Virus record (IMG/VR): IMGVR_UViG_3300030333_003379
Coordinates: 33,524 to 97,523 of that record
Length of the DNA: 64,000 nt
Reading direction: 5' to 3' (one strand)
Origin: a virus
The position numbers and the translations under genes are program-made. The stretch's first letter is position 1, and each line of letters starts with the position of its first letter. The notes beneath the pieces are model-generated. The model did not search any database and was not told where the DNA came from. It worked only from the letters and a program-made list of their open reading frames with translations. This document shows positions 30,708 through 41,058 of the stretch, one piece after another.

Positions 30708-32510
30708 TCAATCTATCCCAAGACGGTCATCTAAGTCCCTAATCTTGCTATCCGCATTTACTTCTTCGGGTGAGCGAAAATCACGGTCATCTCCAAGGCT
30801 ACCTGCTTGCTTAGGTGCGCCTGTATGACGCTTCACATGATCTGGTGATTGACCTGCCCCTCTACGATTCAAAGCAAGTTGAGCGTTAAGCCCAAGCCGT
30901 CTAAGAGGCGGTAACTCTGTTCCCATAGTAGTCCTTACTGATTCAGGCACAGGGCCACTATCGCCACGATTTGAATCCATTACAGTTCTTTTGAGAATAT
31001 CATCCATGGTCGGAGGCATATTCCAATCACTTGTTTGGACAGGTGCGCCCCCTGCGCCCCCTGCGGGTGCGGGTGCTGCATTAGGTGGTGGTGCAGGTGG
31101 TGCAGGTGGTGCTTCTTTGTAATCGAATTGGATACCTGCACTTGTATCATCACGCATGGTCGCCTCAAACCCTGCTTGCTTCATCTGCATCATGTTACGA
31201 ATCATCATCTCATCCTTACGCATCATCATAATTTCATCTTCTTCCTCATGTGGTGCTAATTTGATATGCCATTCAGTAATCTGTAATGCTTCCAAAAGAA
31301 GTGGGAATAATCTGCCATTGTATAGGTTCTGACTTGCAGCCAAAGCACGATTGGTAACTACGATCTGCATACCTTCATTATTCAAACCGCCTCCAGATAC
31401 ATCATTCATAAACACATTTGATACACCAAAGAAGGATGAAATACGCTGACGGATATCATCTTTGATAGGGATATACTGCAATTCTTCAAGTGTATCCATC
31501 ATACGGACATACTCAAGACCACCACGACCACTCTCTGTTTCAACACCAACTGTGGGAATATATTGAGGGTCACGCTCAAGATGTTCCTGTATATTTCGTG
31601 CTGTCCTCTCCACAGTTTCAAGGTTGGATGATTTAATGACCATTACACCCCTTGGCATTCTGCGCTTTTGATATGCAGCATACACATAATTGTCCATAGC
31701 AATGAGAGTATTGACCTGTCGCCATAATGTTGCTACGGGTGAACGGCCATACAATTTAGATGGCGACCATTTGCTGATATGAATTACTTCTCCTTCGGTA
31801 TAGACCTGTCCAGATCCCACACCAGCCAAATTGATGTAATGCACAGGCACAACAGGCAATCCTGTCTTTGGACACTTCTCATCTTTATCTCCTGTTCGGA
31901 ATGACCTATCCAACAGGCTCGTGTATTGCTTGCCACCCTTCATACCACGCTTATCTGCTACGATACGCATGAAGATAGGGTCAGCACGAGTTATCTCCTT
32001 GATACGGTAAAATTGTGGCTTGCCACTACTTGGATCAACAAAGTATTCCTTAGTGAGAATGATGTAAGCATCATCCACGATATTCAAATCCATTTCCACT
32101 TCACGAAGCACTTCAAGGAATGATTGCCCCATTCTATTTTCATTTTCAAATAACATTTCAGCATACTCAAGTTGCTCTTTATCTGGTGGTCGGACTTCTC
32201 CACCACAATCCTTGCAAACATCCACTTCTTTTTGGTATTCGGTTTCACAATCTCTGCATTTTACCACAAAGTTTGGTTTCCAATCCCAACCCTTACGGAA
32301 ACATTCAGTAGCAAGATGATTAAGAATAGAACGCAAAACAAGGCACTCATAGGCTGCTGCATACAATGCGGGGATAGTAATACCCTGCAACAATGGTGGT
32401 TCTTGCACACCAGAAGTGAATAATGGCATCTCTGGAGTCGGTGTGCTATGCCTCTCCATATCCATGCCAAGAGCAGAGAATAATCGCTCAATTCGTTTCT
32501 TATCAGCCAT
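30708..32510 (-). CDS. Portal protein (600 aa) with inserted zinc ribbon and P/A-rich C-tail
   Basis: DLNIVDDAYIIL, EVIHI..SPSKLYGRSPV, RRMPRGVMVI, RQRISSFFGVSNVF are portal-like; CRDC/CKDC insertion. Confidence 0.9.
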   Translation of the reverse strand: MADKKRIERLFSALGMDMERHSTPTPEMPLFTSGVQEPPLLQGITIPALYAAAYECLVLRSILNHLATECFRKGWDWKPNFVVKCRDCETEYQKEVDVCKDCGGEVRPPDKEQLEYAEMLFENENRMGQSFLEVLREVEMDLNIVDDAYIILTKEYFVDPSSGKPQFYRIKEITRADPIFMRIVADKRGMKGGKQYTSLLDRSFRTGDKDEKCPKTGLPVVPVHYINLAGVGSGQVYTEGEVIHISKWSPSKLYGRSPVATLWRQVNTLIAMDNYVYAAYQKRRMPRGVMVIKSSNLETVERTARNIQEHLERDPQYIPTVGVETESGRGGLEYVRMMDTLEELQYIPIKDDIRQRISSFFGVSNVFMNDVSGGGLNNEGMQIVVTNRALAASQNLYNGRLFPLLLEALQITEWHIKLAPHEEEDEIMMMRKDEMMIRNMMQMKQAGFEATMRDDTSAGIQFDYKEAPPAPPAPPPNAAPAPAGGAGGAPVQTSDWNMPPTMDDILKRTVMDSNRGDSGPVPESVRTTMGTELPPLRRLGLNAQLALNRRGAGQSPDHVKRHTGAPKQAGSLGDDRDFRSPEEVNADSKIRDLDDRLGID

Positions 32511-33927
32511 TTACAATCGCCTCCACCCATGTATCTATTTTTTCTTCTGATACATTCCATTGCTTCAACAATTCGACTTGTATCTCTGGATTATGTCTAT
32601 ACTGTAATATCCGTTCTGCATTGATATTACCATCAAGTGCTGAAAGGAAAATAGTAGCATCTTCACGCTTATTCGTGAGATATGGCAAGGCTTCACTTGC
32701 TGCCTTAGTGAAAGATCTAGAACCTTCAATCACGAACTTATCTCCCTCCCAAGTAATACCCTCCACACCCAATCTCTGTTTTAGCACTACGGTATAGTCC
32801 TCCCCACGCTTGGTGTTAAAAGGCAGAATAAGACGGGGTGCGCCTGTTGGTGTTAAGTCCAAAGAACCCTCTACTTCCCATAGGTTTCCTATGAAAGAAT
32901 CAACTGTTTTGAGGAAAATGGGTGGTTTTGGTGTTCCGTAGTATAGTGTGCGATCATCATGCTTCGTGCCTTTACCAACTACTGTTACATCAAACAAATA
33001 CCCATATGATTTGATTAAGGCCCCAATTTCCGATGAGGATGCCTTTACACCATACGATGAAAGGGTTTGTGAGTTCATTGTGCCATGTTTGAGTAAAGTG
33101 TTATGGCAATCTGCTAAAATGTTCCTCTCTCTTCGACTCAAGCGGTTTTCAGCATCAAGACGGCTATGCCAGCCTTTCCAGATTTCACTTCTTTCATCTT
33201 CTCCTTTTGCCTTCTTAACTCCAACAATTGTCTGCCTCAAAGGTAATTCCAATCTATCTGGGAATAAGGCAATTAGATTGTAATCGTTGTCTTTCAACTC
33301 AAGCATATTCCAATCAGTATCTTCCCACCAATCGAATTGTTTGAGAACCGCTTTCTGCTCTTGATGTAATAGTGCGATTACTGAATCTAGAATGGTATCT
33401 TCGCCAGCCTTTTCCAAAACATCAAGAAGTTCAGCACCAGATATACCAAAATTGTCCACAAAGAATGTTTTGGTAACAGGTGTTTCTGCGGTTGGTGGTG
33501 CGGTAGCATCCGTTCCCGGTTGCTCTGTGGGTGCGCCTCCACCTTCATTACCATCCATGCCACCAATTGCTTTACCTGCGGTAGCCTCGGCTGGCATGGC
33601 AGGGGCTTCGGCAGGGGGTTCTTGAATTGGTTGTTGTTCAGCCTGTCCTTGAAGTGCTTCTAACTCCTGTTGAGCAGTAGCCAACTCCTGTTCCTTCTGT
33701 TTTACATTTTGTTCTGCCGTAGCAATAGCGGGATCTGGTTGTTGATTGCCACCATTTTGACCAATACCCAACTTACCTGCTATTGCACCAACTGCTTTAC
33801 CAGCAAGTTTTGCAGCACCAACAACAGGTGCTGCCAACGCTTTACCTGCTACCTTTGCAGCAGGTGCAAGGAACTTTTCAATAGAGTCGTCTATTGTCCG
33901 AATCTCTGGATTATATTCAACTCTCAT
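32503..33927 (-). CDS. Multidomain protein (474 aa): A/G-rich helix, disordered linker, HTH-like region and C-terminal LAGLIDADG-like domain
   Basis: FIGNLWEVEGSL...FVIEG...ALPYLTNKREDA resembles degenerate LAGLIDADG domains. Confidence 0.5.
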   Translation of the reverse strand: MRVEYNPEIRTIDDSIEKFLAPAAKVAGKALAAPVVGAAKLAGKAVGAIAGKLGIGQNGGNQQPDPAIATAEQNVKQKEQELATAQQELEALQGQAEQQPIQEPPAEAPAMPAEATAGKAIGGMDGNEGGGAPTEQPGTDATAPPTAETPVTKTFFVDNFGISGAELLDVLEKAGEDTILDSVIALLHQEQKAVLKQFDWWEDTDWNMLELKDNDYNLIALFPDRLELPLRQTIVGVKKAKGEDERSEIWKGWHSRLDAENRLSRRERNILADCHNTLLKHGTMNSQTLSSYGVKASSSEIGALIKSYGYLFDVTVVGKGTKHDDRTLYYGTPKPPIFLKTVDSFIGNLWEVEGSLDLTPTGAPRLILPFNTKRGEDYTVVLKQRLGVEGITWEGDKFVIEGSRSFTKAASEALPYLTNKREDATIFLSALDGNINAERILQYRHNPEIQVELLKQWNVSEEKIDTWVEAIVNG

Positions 33928-35348
33928 ACATCAGCCCAACCTATTCGCTTTGTCCACGCCTCACCATCAAGCACTACAATGTTATCCCTGTATTCCTTGG
34001 TAGCCTGAACCGCCAAAGCCAGAGCGATAACTGTATCATCGTGCCGGCCAAGGGACTCCATTTTACCATTCGGAAGCATGGTGAACATAGACAACTCATT
34101 CAAAAGCGTATTCATGTGTCTATGGGTTGCCCCCTCATCTTTGTAAGGAATTATCAGATGCCGTTGTTCAAAATGTAACTGTAATGCGTGGATAACTGCC
34201 TCCTTACGCATACGACTCATAGTGAATGGTTTTATTGGCAGATCACTAATCTCTTTCAACACTTGATGGAATGCTTGAGCGAAATTGTTTGTTTCAAGTT
34301 CTACGATTACAGGATTGTATCTCGCATTGAGTTCGATTATCTTATCAATTTGTGATGAAAAGTCCATACCTTTCTCGTGGTGCATCCACACTATGCGCTT
34401 ATGGCGATTCTCATCCATAGCCAAAACAACCATGCAAGTATAGTCGGCTTTTCTATCTGGGCTAATCGCTGGATCCCAACCAATGTAGTAATTCACATCT
34501 TCTTCAATTGGTGGTTGGAACTCCAATTTGTATTCTTCATCTTTGCATGGGTCGGTCATTTCCACAGGGAATAGGCTTGAATCGCTTGCAATTGGTTTGC
34601 ATAGATATTCACGAGTAAATGCAATTGAAGTCATTTCACCCCTACGGGTTTGTAGTGCCTCTAATGACCACCTTTCAGGCCACAATGGTTTCCCGGTTTC
34701 CTCATTGATAGCAGGGTATTCATTAACCCAATATCCTTTCAACCCCTTCAATTCTTGATACAAATCAGTATATGAGAACGGTGTTCCAACGATGCACAAC
34801 TGTGCTGTGTGGTGAAGCACAGGTAACAAAGCAGTATAGAACCAAGTGGCAATATGAGTCATCTGTGATTCTGCTTCACTAGAAAGAATATCGTCAAGCA
34901 CTACAATATCAGGGTGCGCCCCACGCACCGCTTTTCCAACGGACATAGCAGCAATAGATGATTTGTTGGTGAACTTGAACTTCTGCTTCGCCCATCCTCT
35001 CTTGGGTTTTAGGTGTTGAAGTGCAGGTGTTGTTTCAATCAACTCATTCATTTTACCCATGTGTTCGATGGATTGATGCTGACTGTGTGAAAAGAATAGA
35101 ACTTCTGTGCCATCATTGTATGCCATTTTCCATAGTAAATACACACGATAAAACACAGATTTGCCGTGGTCACGAGAAGCAATTACGCAGGTCTTGTTAT
35201 GGTTCTCCGAAGCATCATACCATTCTTGGTGAAAGTCGGCTAATTGGAACTTGCAAATATCTTCAAAGAAGTATTTGAAATCCCTGCGACCCATCTCCCA
35301 ATCCACTTTGGATGCTAGATCAAGAACTGCTTCACTCACGATAACCAC
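33924..35348 (-). CDS. terL: Terminase large subunit (474 aa)
   Basis: Walker A ASRDHGKS, Walker B IVVLDDI, coupling motif IVGTP, RNase H nuclease IGWDPA...DYT...HDDTVIALALA. Confidence 0.95.
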   Translation of the reverse strand: MVIVSEAVLDLASKVDWEMGRRDFKYFFEDICKFQLADFHQEWYDASENHNKTCVIASRDHGKSVFYRVYLLWKMAYNDGTEVLFFSHSQHQSIEHMGKMNELIETTPALQHLKPKRGWAKQKFKFTNKSSIAAMSVGKAVRGAHPDIVVLDDILSSEAESQMTHIATWFYTALLPVLHHTAQLCIVGTPFSYTDLYQELKGLKGYWVNEYPAINEETGKPLWPERWSLEALQTRRGEMTSIAFTREYLCKPIASDSSLFPVEMTDPCKDEEYKLEFQPPIEEDVNYYIGWDPAISPDRKADYTCMVVLAMDENRHKRIVWMHHEKGMDFSSQIDKIIELNARYNPVIVELETNNFAQAFHQVLKEISDLPIKPFTMSRMRKEAVIHALQLHFEQRHLIIPYKDEGATHRHMNTLLNELSMFTMLPNGKMESLGRHDDTVIALALAVQATKEYRDNIVVLDGEAWTKRIGWADV

Positions 35349-35785
35349 CCACTTAGGTAATTACCACAGTTAGGGCAACTGATTTCGGTGTAATAGCCCG
35401 ATTGATCACGCCTACCGGGGCTTTCAGATATTTGGAAATTGCACATATGTGGCCCTTCACCTTCACCACCCATCATGTTAGCACACCACGGTTGCAGACC
35501 ATTAGCACATCTCCTACAACAAAATTGATCATCATACACATCATCCATAGTGGTGTCTGTCCTCTTTCCACAATTAGCGCATTCATGCACCACACCCCCT
35601 TCGGAATATGGCTTTGAATATGCTTCTTCCCGTTGTCGTTGTATTTCAGCAAAAAAGGGATTATTCCTTACTGCCGCACCAAAAGCAATAGTGGGATTTG
35701 GATCATTCAATCGGTGGAAATCATCATCGGGTTCAATATCATCCTCTATTTTGAGGATTTTCCAAGCCCGGTTGAATGCACTCAC
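35336..35785 (-). CDS. Tagged zinc-finger protein (149 aa; MSAFNRAWKILK)
   Basis: N-terminal tag; CANC, CCRRC and CPNC motifs. Confidence 0.65.
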   Translation of the reverse strand: MSAFNRAWKILKIEDDIEPDDDFHRLNDPNPTIAFGAAVRNNPFFAEIQRQREEAYSKPYSEGGVVHECANCGKRTDTTMDDVYDDQFCCRRCANGLQPWCANMMGGEGEGPHMCNFQISESPGRRDQSGYYTEISCPNCGNYLSGWLS

Positions 35786-37686
35786 TCAACCACACCCTCT
35801 TGCCATCCCTGCGGCAAGAGGCTGTAATCGGCATCTGCCTGTTGTTGGCCTTGCATCTGTTTCAGCATACCTTGAGGCAATAATGAGAGATTGGCTGATG
35901 CCAATTTTTCATCTTTGGGTTTATCTGACGGCCATGGCCTACCTTGTTGAACAGCATAATAGTGTTCCATACTCTCATAACCCAAAGGTGCATTTCTCGG
36001 CATACCCGCATGATGTGGTATTGGATCTGGACTTACTGAAAGTGCCTCACCGACCCCTCTAATGCTATTCATTTCTGTTTCAGATGGTAGCCTTCTTGCC
36101 TTATCTATGTTGAAATTATCATGGATAGCAAACGCATTCGGATTATCGAATGGATTTGCGAATGGGTCTTTCAGCACAGACCATGCAGAATTGAAAGCAT
36201 CATGGCTTTTCTTTTTGTCCTTTTTCGGTTTTTTCGGCATTGGTGGTGTCTTATCTTCTGCCTTCTTACCCTTTTTCGGCTTTTTTGGTGACTCGGCTTC
36301 ACTAGATCCGCCCTTTGCATCTATTGCATCTTGGATACGCTTTGGTAATCCGTCACTATGAAATCTCGCTACTGATGCGGGATTGCTTGCAAGCCAATCC
36401 AAAGATTGCTCACTACCTTGTGAGGCTGCTTGAATGTGTTTAGTGTATTCACCGTATGGAACTGCTTCACCTGATGGTGCAGGTGCTTCTGCTTTTGGTG
36501 GTGCATCAAACAATGTTTGCTGACTTTGTGGTATTGACTCACGCTTCGCCTTTCGCCCTTTCGCCCTTTGTGTCGCTGATTCAACATCTGTCGGTGCATT
36601 TGGTGCAGGTGCTTCTGCCTCTGGTGCTGGCGCAGATGGTGGTTTGTTGTATTCATTCAATCGCTCTTGATTCATTACCGTTTCATTTCCACCTTCACCC
36701 ACTATGGGGCTTGGGGGTAATGGTGCTTGTTCCTTTGATTTTTCTCTACCTTCAATACCCGCCTCAATCATCTCATCTTCTGCGGAAGGGATTGGCTCAA
36801 GTAGCCCTTGGTCATCATTTTCTAACGAAGCATAGTATGCTGCCATAGCCTTTCCTTTAGCAGATCTCGCCCCCCATGGTTTTCGTGTTCGATAATTCCA
36901 ATCTTCATCACGGCTACCCGGCCCACTTTCAGCCAAAGTCGGCTTCCATGGCAATCCGACACGAGATTCTTCTGCGGGTGGTTCTTCTGCGGGTGGTGTG
37001 GGGTGGGGGTGGTGTGGTGGCATATCCTCCACATTACCCCATTCATCTGCGGTATTGGTCGCATCTCTGCGTTGTGAAACACTCCAACCTTGTTCAAATG
37101 CTGACGGTGGTGATTGTGCGCCAACATCTTGACTTGGTGCAGGTAATTGTCTATTTTCAGGTGCTGTATTAGCACCGCCCCATGGCCCTTGTGCGCCAAC
37201 ATTCTCAAAGAAGCCGGGCTTGTTAATATGTTGCCAATCCTTACCTTCTACTAAATCAATAGGTTCGTTTTCTGAAAGGTGAGGAACTTCTGTTGATGAA
37301 CCACTAAAGGTGTTTTCTGGTAACATCCTTGAATTATCTGTAATTGGTTGTTGAGCCGATTGTTCTGATAACATTCTCGACTCATCTGTAATTGGTGATG
37401 CAGGTGCTTTTGGTTTTCGTGGGCCTCGTGTCCTCTTTGGTTTAGGGCCACGCATTTGTTCATAAATACTCATTTGGTCATCAGTTAAATGACCAGATCT
37501 ACCCGGCATTCTCCTTTTAGCGTTGTAACCACGCTTTGCACCGCCCCAAAATCCCTTTTGTAATCCATCCCAGACATATTCAAATACTGCATCTGTGGAT
37601 GGTTCAGCACGAAGCGTGTGCTTTCCAAGCATCTCTGCTCGTGCTTTGATAAGAAGGTCATCGAATCGGTCAGTCATTTCACTCAC
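35782..37686 (-). CDS. Large disordered P/E/A-rich protein (634 aa) with an internal tag (AFNSAWSVLK)
   Basis: Low complexity; LLIK|A and LQK|G near the N-terminus; tag at 36169-36198. Confidence 0.65.
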   Translation of the reverse strand: MSEMTDRFDDLLIKARAEMLGKHTLRAEPSTDAVFEYVWDGLQKGFWGGAKRGYNAKRRMPGRSGHLTDDQMSIYEQMRGPKPKRTRGPRKPKAPASPITDESRMLSEQSAQQPITDNSRMLPENTFSGSSTEVPHLSENEPIDLVEGKDWQHINKPGFFENVGAQGPWGGANTAPENRQLPAPSQDVGAQSPPSAFEQGWSVSQRRDATNTADEWGNVEDMPPHHPHPTPPAEEPPAEESRVGLPWKPTLAESGPGSRDEDWNYRTRKPWGARSAKGKAMAAYYASLENDDQGLLEPIPSAEDEMIEAGIEGREKSKEQAPLPPSPIVGEGGNETVMNQERLNEYNKPPSAPAPEAEAPAPNAPTDVESATQRAKGRKAKRESIPQSQQTLFDAPPKAEAPAPSGEAVPYGEYTKHIQAASQGSEQSLDWLASNPASVARFHSDGLPKRIQDAIDAKGGSSEAESPKKPKKGKKAEDKTPPMPKKPKKDKKKSHDAFNSAWSVLKDPFANPFDNPNAFAIHDNFNIDKARRLPSETEMNSIRGVGEALSVSPDPIPHHAGMPRNAPLGYESMEHYYAVQQGRPWPSDKPKDEKLASANLSLLPQGMLKQMQGQQQADADYSLLPQGWQEGVVE

Positions 37687-39208
37687 CTAGATTCTTTCTT
37701 GATTCCGCATTCTTGGCTTTAATCCGTTCTAGCATATCGCCCTCATTTTCTTCGGTGCGTTTTGTTGCTTCTTCGGATTGACCGGTAGAAGGTGTGGTGG
37801 AAACCCTTTTCATTTCAGGAGAAGGAACATCAACCTCACCCCTTGCTATTGCCAATATGTGTTGTTTTTCGTGTTCACTCATGCTTTGTAGCATTTGTAT
37901 GATTTCTTCTTCTGATGCACCTTCACGCCAAGCCATTTCTCTTAATTCATCATCTCCTTCTCTTAGATGTGCATCGTAGTCATAAGGTGGGTCTAACTCA
38001 TCTCCCAATGGTTTTGACCAATCCACTTCTTCATTTTTTGAAATTGATTGTCTTATGCTGATATGTGAAATAGCCTTGTGAATACGATCATGTGAATGAA
38101 GCATATCCTCCATGCCTTCTCTTGACCTTTGGAAATTACCTTGAGCCATCTGGTTCAATTGGTTTCTACCTCTCCTTCGCTGATTCCATGCCCATAGGTT
38201 GCTTAGACCACCTGTGGCAAGACCACCGAGAATACCTCCACCGCTTTGATTAGCCATTGCTTGTGCGTTGGCTACTTGCGACATTTGTGCTGCTTCTTGT
38301 GCAGCACCCATTTGGTTGTTGCCTTGGTTGTTGCCTTGGTTGTTGCCTCGGTTGCCACCTTGACCACCACCGCCCCAACCACCCATGTTGAATGAGAATT
38401 GTGGATTATTTTGCATCATATTTTGATTGCCACCGCCAGCCATGTTCTGTCCGGGTGCGCCACCTGCTGGTGCTTGACCACCACCTGCTGGTGCTTGACC
38501 ACCACCTGCTGGTGCGGGTGCGGGTGCGCCACCTGCTGGTGCTGGTGCGGGTGCGCCACCTGCTGCTGGTGCATCTGGTTGTCCATCACCATCGGCATCT
38601 CCACCTGCGGGTGCTTGTGCAGGTGCTGCGTTTGCAGGGGGATCTGGTTGCCCATCTCCGTCTGCATCTGGTGGTGCGCCACCTGCGTCTGCGCCTCCAC
38701 CTGCGGGTGCAGGGGCATCTGGTTGTCCATCACCATCTGCGTCTGCGCCTCCACCTGCTGGTGGTTGCTGATTATTTGGATTAACATCTGCCTGTCCAGC
38801 ACCGGGTGTTGGTGCGCCCGGAGTTAGCGACATTTTGCCCTCCATTCTCCTAGCATCTCTTACAGCGTTTTGATTCATGTGCATTGTTCCGCCTTCGCCA
38901 TACATCTGTGCAACCCAATCACCTTTTGCGCCACCCCTTGAGCCAGCACCTGCGCTTGGGTTGTTTGCTTGCCCCCCTGCTGCTTCTCTAAATGCCTTTT
39001 GACCTTCGGGTGATAATTTCTTGTATTGCCCTGCTTGCTTATTGCGAGACATTAAATCTCGACCTGCTGCGGTGAAGATATTTCCTCTACCTCCACCTGC
39101 TGCACCTTTACCCCATTTCTCAAGATCGAACTCGCCTTTTGCGATTGCTTCTCTTTCCATCAGAAGCCTTTGACGGGCTATCAAATCTGCACTAAATTGG
39201 GGTTTCAT
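37679..39208 (-). CDS. G/A/P/Q/N-rich protein (509 aa) with DADGDGQPD repeats and a glycine-zipper-like segment
   Basis: Three DADGDGQPD units, PAGGGQA repeats, NQGN repeats and GGILGGLATGGLSNLWAW. Confidence 0.7.
   Translation of the reverse strand: MKPQFSADLIARQRLLMEREAIAKGEFDLEKWGKGAAGGGRGNIFTAAGRDLMSRNKQAGQYKKLSPEGQKAFREAAGGQANNPSAGAGSRGGAKGDWVAQMYGEGGTMHMNQNAVRDARRMEGKMSLTPGAPTPGAGQADVNPNNQQPPAGGGADADGDGQPDAPAPAGGGADAGGAPPDADGDGQPDPPANAAPAQAPAGGDADGDGQPDAPAAGGAPAPAPAGGAPAPAPAGGGQAPAGGGQAPAGGAPGQNMAGGGNQNMMQNNPQFSFNMGGWGGGGQGGNRGNNQGNNQGNNQMGAAQEAAQMSQVANAQAMANQSGGGILGGLATGGLSNLWAWNQRRRGRNQLNQMAQGNFQRSREGMEDMLHSHDRIHKAISHISIRQSISKNEEVDWSKPLGDELDPPYDYDAHLREGDDELREMAWREGASEEEIIQMLQSMSEHEKQHILAIARGEVDVPSPEMKRVSTTPSTGQSEEATKRTEENEGDMLERIKAKNAESRKNLGE
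38459..38765 (-). repeat. Coding tandem repeats (PAGGGQA / DADGDGQPD units)
   Basis: Repeated ccacctgctggtgc units and three gcatctggttgtccatc-like units, all in frame in the 509-aa gene. Confidence 0.8.
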
Positions 39209-41058
39209 CTAAAGGCCACCTTTACTAATTGTATTACTTCTAACGGAACATCCATTGATTTCGACATTTCTCGCCAATCCCCTTTACTATTTAGGATTGT
39301 TACTACATCAGAGGATGGTCTTTGGATTTGACCTGCCATAAATGCAATATCGGAACTTTTTGTTGAATCCATTTGAATGTGAGGCATCATTTTGATAATT
39401 GTCTCTTCTTGGAGAGCCATATCTATCTGAACCGTTTCAAGGGCATTTTGTATTTCTTCACGAGTGAAAAGATTGGCGACAGACGCTGCCCCGCTACCCA
39501 ATGCTTCACCAATTCTATCCATAATACCTCTCCTTTCAGATTGCAAGGCTTCGCCCGATTGTTGAGGCGGAGGCATTTGCACTTGATTAGCATTTAGGTC
39601 TTGTGGTGCTTCTCGTTGCGGAATTGGCGGTGGTTGCTCTCGTTGCGGGACAGGTGGTGCTGGTTGTCTTTGAGGAACAGGATTAGCAGGTGGTTGTGGC
39701 TGTGGTGCAGGTCGTGGTGCAACAGGTGGTGCTTCTTCTATTGGTTGAATTGGTTGTTGTGGTGGTGGTTGCTCTTGAGGCAACGGTGCTTGTGGTGGTG
39801 CGTCACCTGTAAGAATGCCATGACCACCCCTCATTACCCGTTCAAGGAATGAACCACCGGGATTTGCATCCACGAGTTCTTGGATGCTTGGCACAGTCAT
39901 CCCCTGTTCCTCTGCTTTTGCTCTGATATTGTTGTATAATGCCAACGCTTGTGCTTTGTTAGACCAACCGCCCCCATATTTCATGCGATTATCTCTACTA
40001 TAAGAGCCGAGAAGGTTTTTGCCGTGTTTGGATTGTGCTAGTTCGGGATTATCCAAGAAGTAATTGATGTGAGCAAGTGGATCTTCTTGCATTGGAACAC
40101 CTGCTTGAGCCTCAACCATTGCTTCTGCTGGATCTTGCTCAACCGCATTAGGTGGTGCTTCTCTATTACGAACACCAAACATATGGCGATTTACAATATC
40201 TAATTGCCGGCCGTCTGCCTGTGGCAAAGGTGCTGAACCGAAGTGAGGCATTTTATTCCTTAGAGTTGAGTGTTGAACCCACGCTTGTTTGAACTTTTCA
40301 GGTGTGTTAAGTGGAGTGCCGTTTGCTGCTGCTGCATCCATCATATCAAGAATAGCCTTATGACCTTCATTATCAATATAGACAGAATTAGGATGTAGTC
40401 GGTGGCTCTCGATATATTCTCTTGTATTACCACCGCCCCTTATCTCTTTGAGTCCTTCTGCATATGGCCTTGCCCAAGATTCTGGGCTACGATTATACTG
40501 ATCACGATTGATGGTTCGGAGTTGAACCGTTCCATCTTGCATTACTTCAAACGGATTTTTTTTGTCCATTTTTGCTGCTACACCATTTCTCCACATAGGA
40601 GTCAATTGGCCGTTTGCATCAAAAGCAGGGTCAATTTTCATAGGCATGGCCTGTGGCTTTCCTCTCGCTAATGCTTCGTTGTATTTTTCCATCATTTTGT
40701 TATTGGTAATTTCAATGGCTTGATTGATAGTAGCAGCACCACATTGGATTGCGTGATTTTTTGCTGCGATAAACGCTTCTTCTCCCCATGGCCCATGTGG
40801 GCCAGAGTAAATTATGTCTGCTTCTTCTTTTGAAAGTCCAGAGGCTTCACCTTGATAGATAGCCTCCCACATAGCATCGGCTTCAACACCCGTCATGTGC
40901 GCCCCACCAATATCCTCTGTGGCTCGTGGCATAGCACCAAATGAACCATCTGGTTGTGCGTAACCAATGAGGCTGTTGATTAGTTCATCCCAATCATAAT
41001 GACCCAGACCTTTCTGAATCACGAATTGGTCAAGAACCGCCCAACCAGCAATACTCAT
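39205..41058 (-). CDS. Hypothetical 617-aa protein with P/Q-rich linker (MSIAGWAVLDQFVIQK|G)
   Basis: Long ORF with overlaps at both ends; N-terminus resembles a partial tag. Confidence 0.65.
   Translation of the reverse strand: MSIAGWAVLDQFVIQKGLGHYDWDELINSLIGYAQPDGSFGAMPRATEDIGGAHMTGVEADAMWEAIYQGEASGLSKEEADIIYSGPHGPWGEEAFIAAKNHAIQCGAATINQAIEITNNKMMEKYNEALARGKPQAMPMKIDPAFDANGQLTPMWRNGVAAKMDKKNPFEVMQDGTVQLRTINRDQYNRSPESWARPYAEGLKEIRGGGNTREYIESHRLHPNSVYIDNEGHKAILDMMDAAAANGTPLNTPEKFKQAWVQHSTLRNKMPHFGSAPLPQADGRQLDIVNRHMFGVRNREAPPNAVEQDPAEAMVEAQAGVPMQEDPLAHINYFLDNPELAQSKHGKNLLGSYSRDNRMKYGGGWSNKAQALALYNNIRAKAEEQGMTVPSIQELVDANPGGSFLERVMRGGHGILTGDAPPQAPLPQEQPPPQQPIQPIEEAPPVAPRPAPQPQPPANPVPQRQPAPPVPQREQPPPIPQREAPQDLNANQVQMPPPQQSGEALQSERRGIMDRIGEALGSGAASVANLFTREEIQNALETVQIDMALQEETIIKMMPHIQMDSTKSSDIAFMAGQIQRPSSDVVTILNSKGDWREMSKSMDVPLEVIQLVKVAFR

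Noticed and set aside
33924-35348. Intein or intron in the terminase
   Set aside because: The length is normal and ATPase and nuclease motifs are contiguous. The LAGLIDADG-like domain belongs to the neighbouring gene.
38400-38830. Possible CRISPR array or non-coding tandem repeat
   Set aside because: The units are in-frame codons for PAGGGQA and DADGDGQPD in the 509-aa ORF, and there are no unique spacers. The overlapping short ORFs are shadows.
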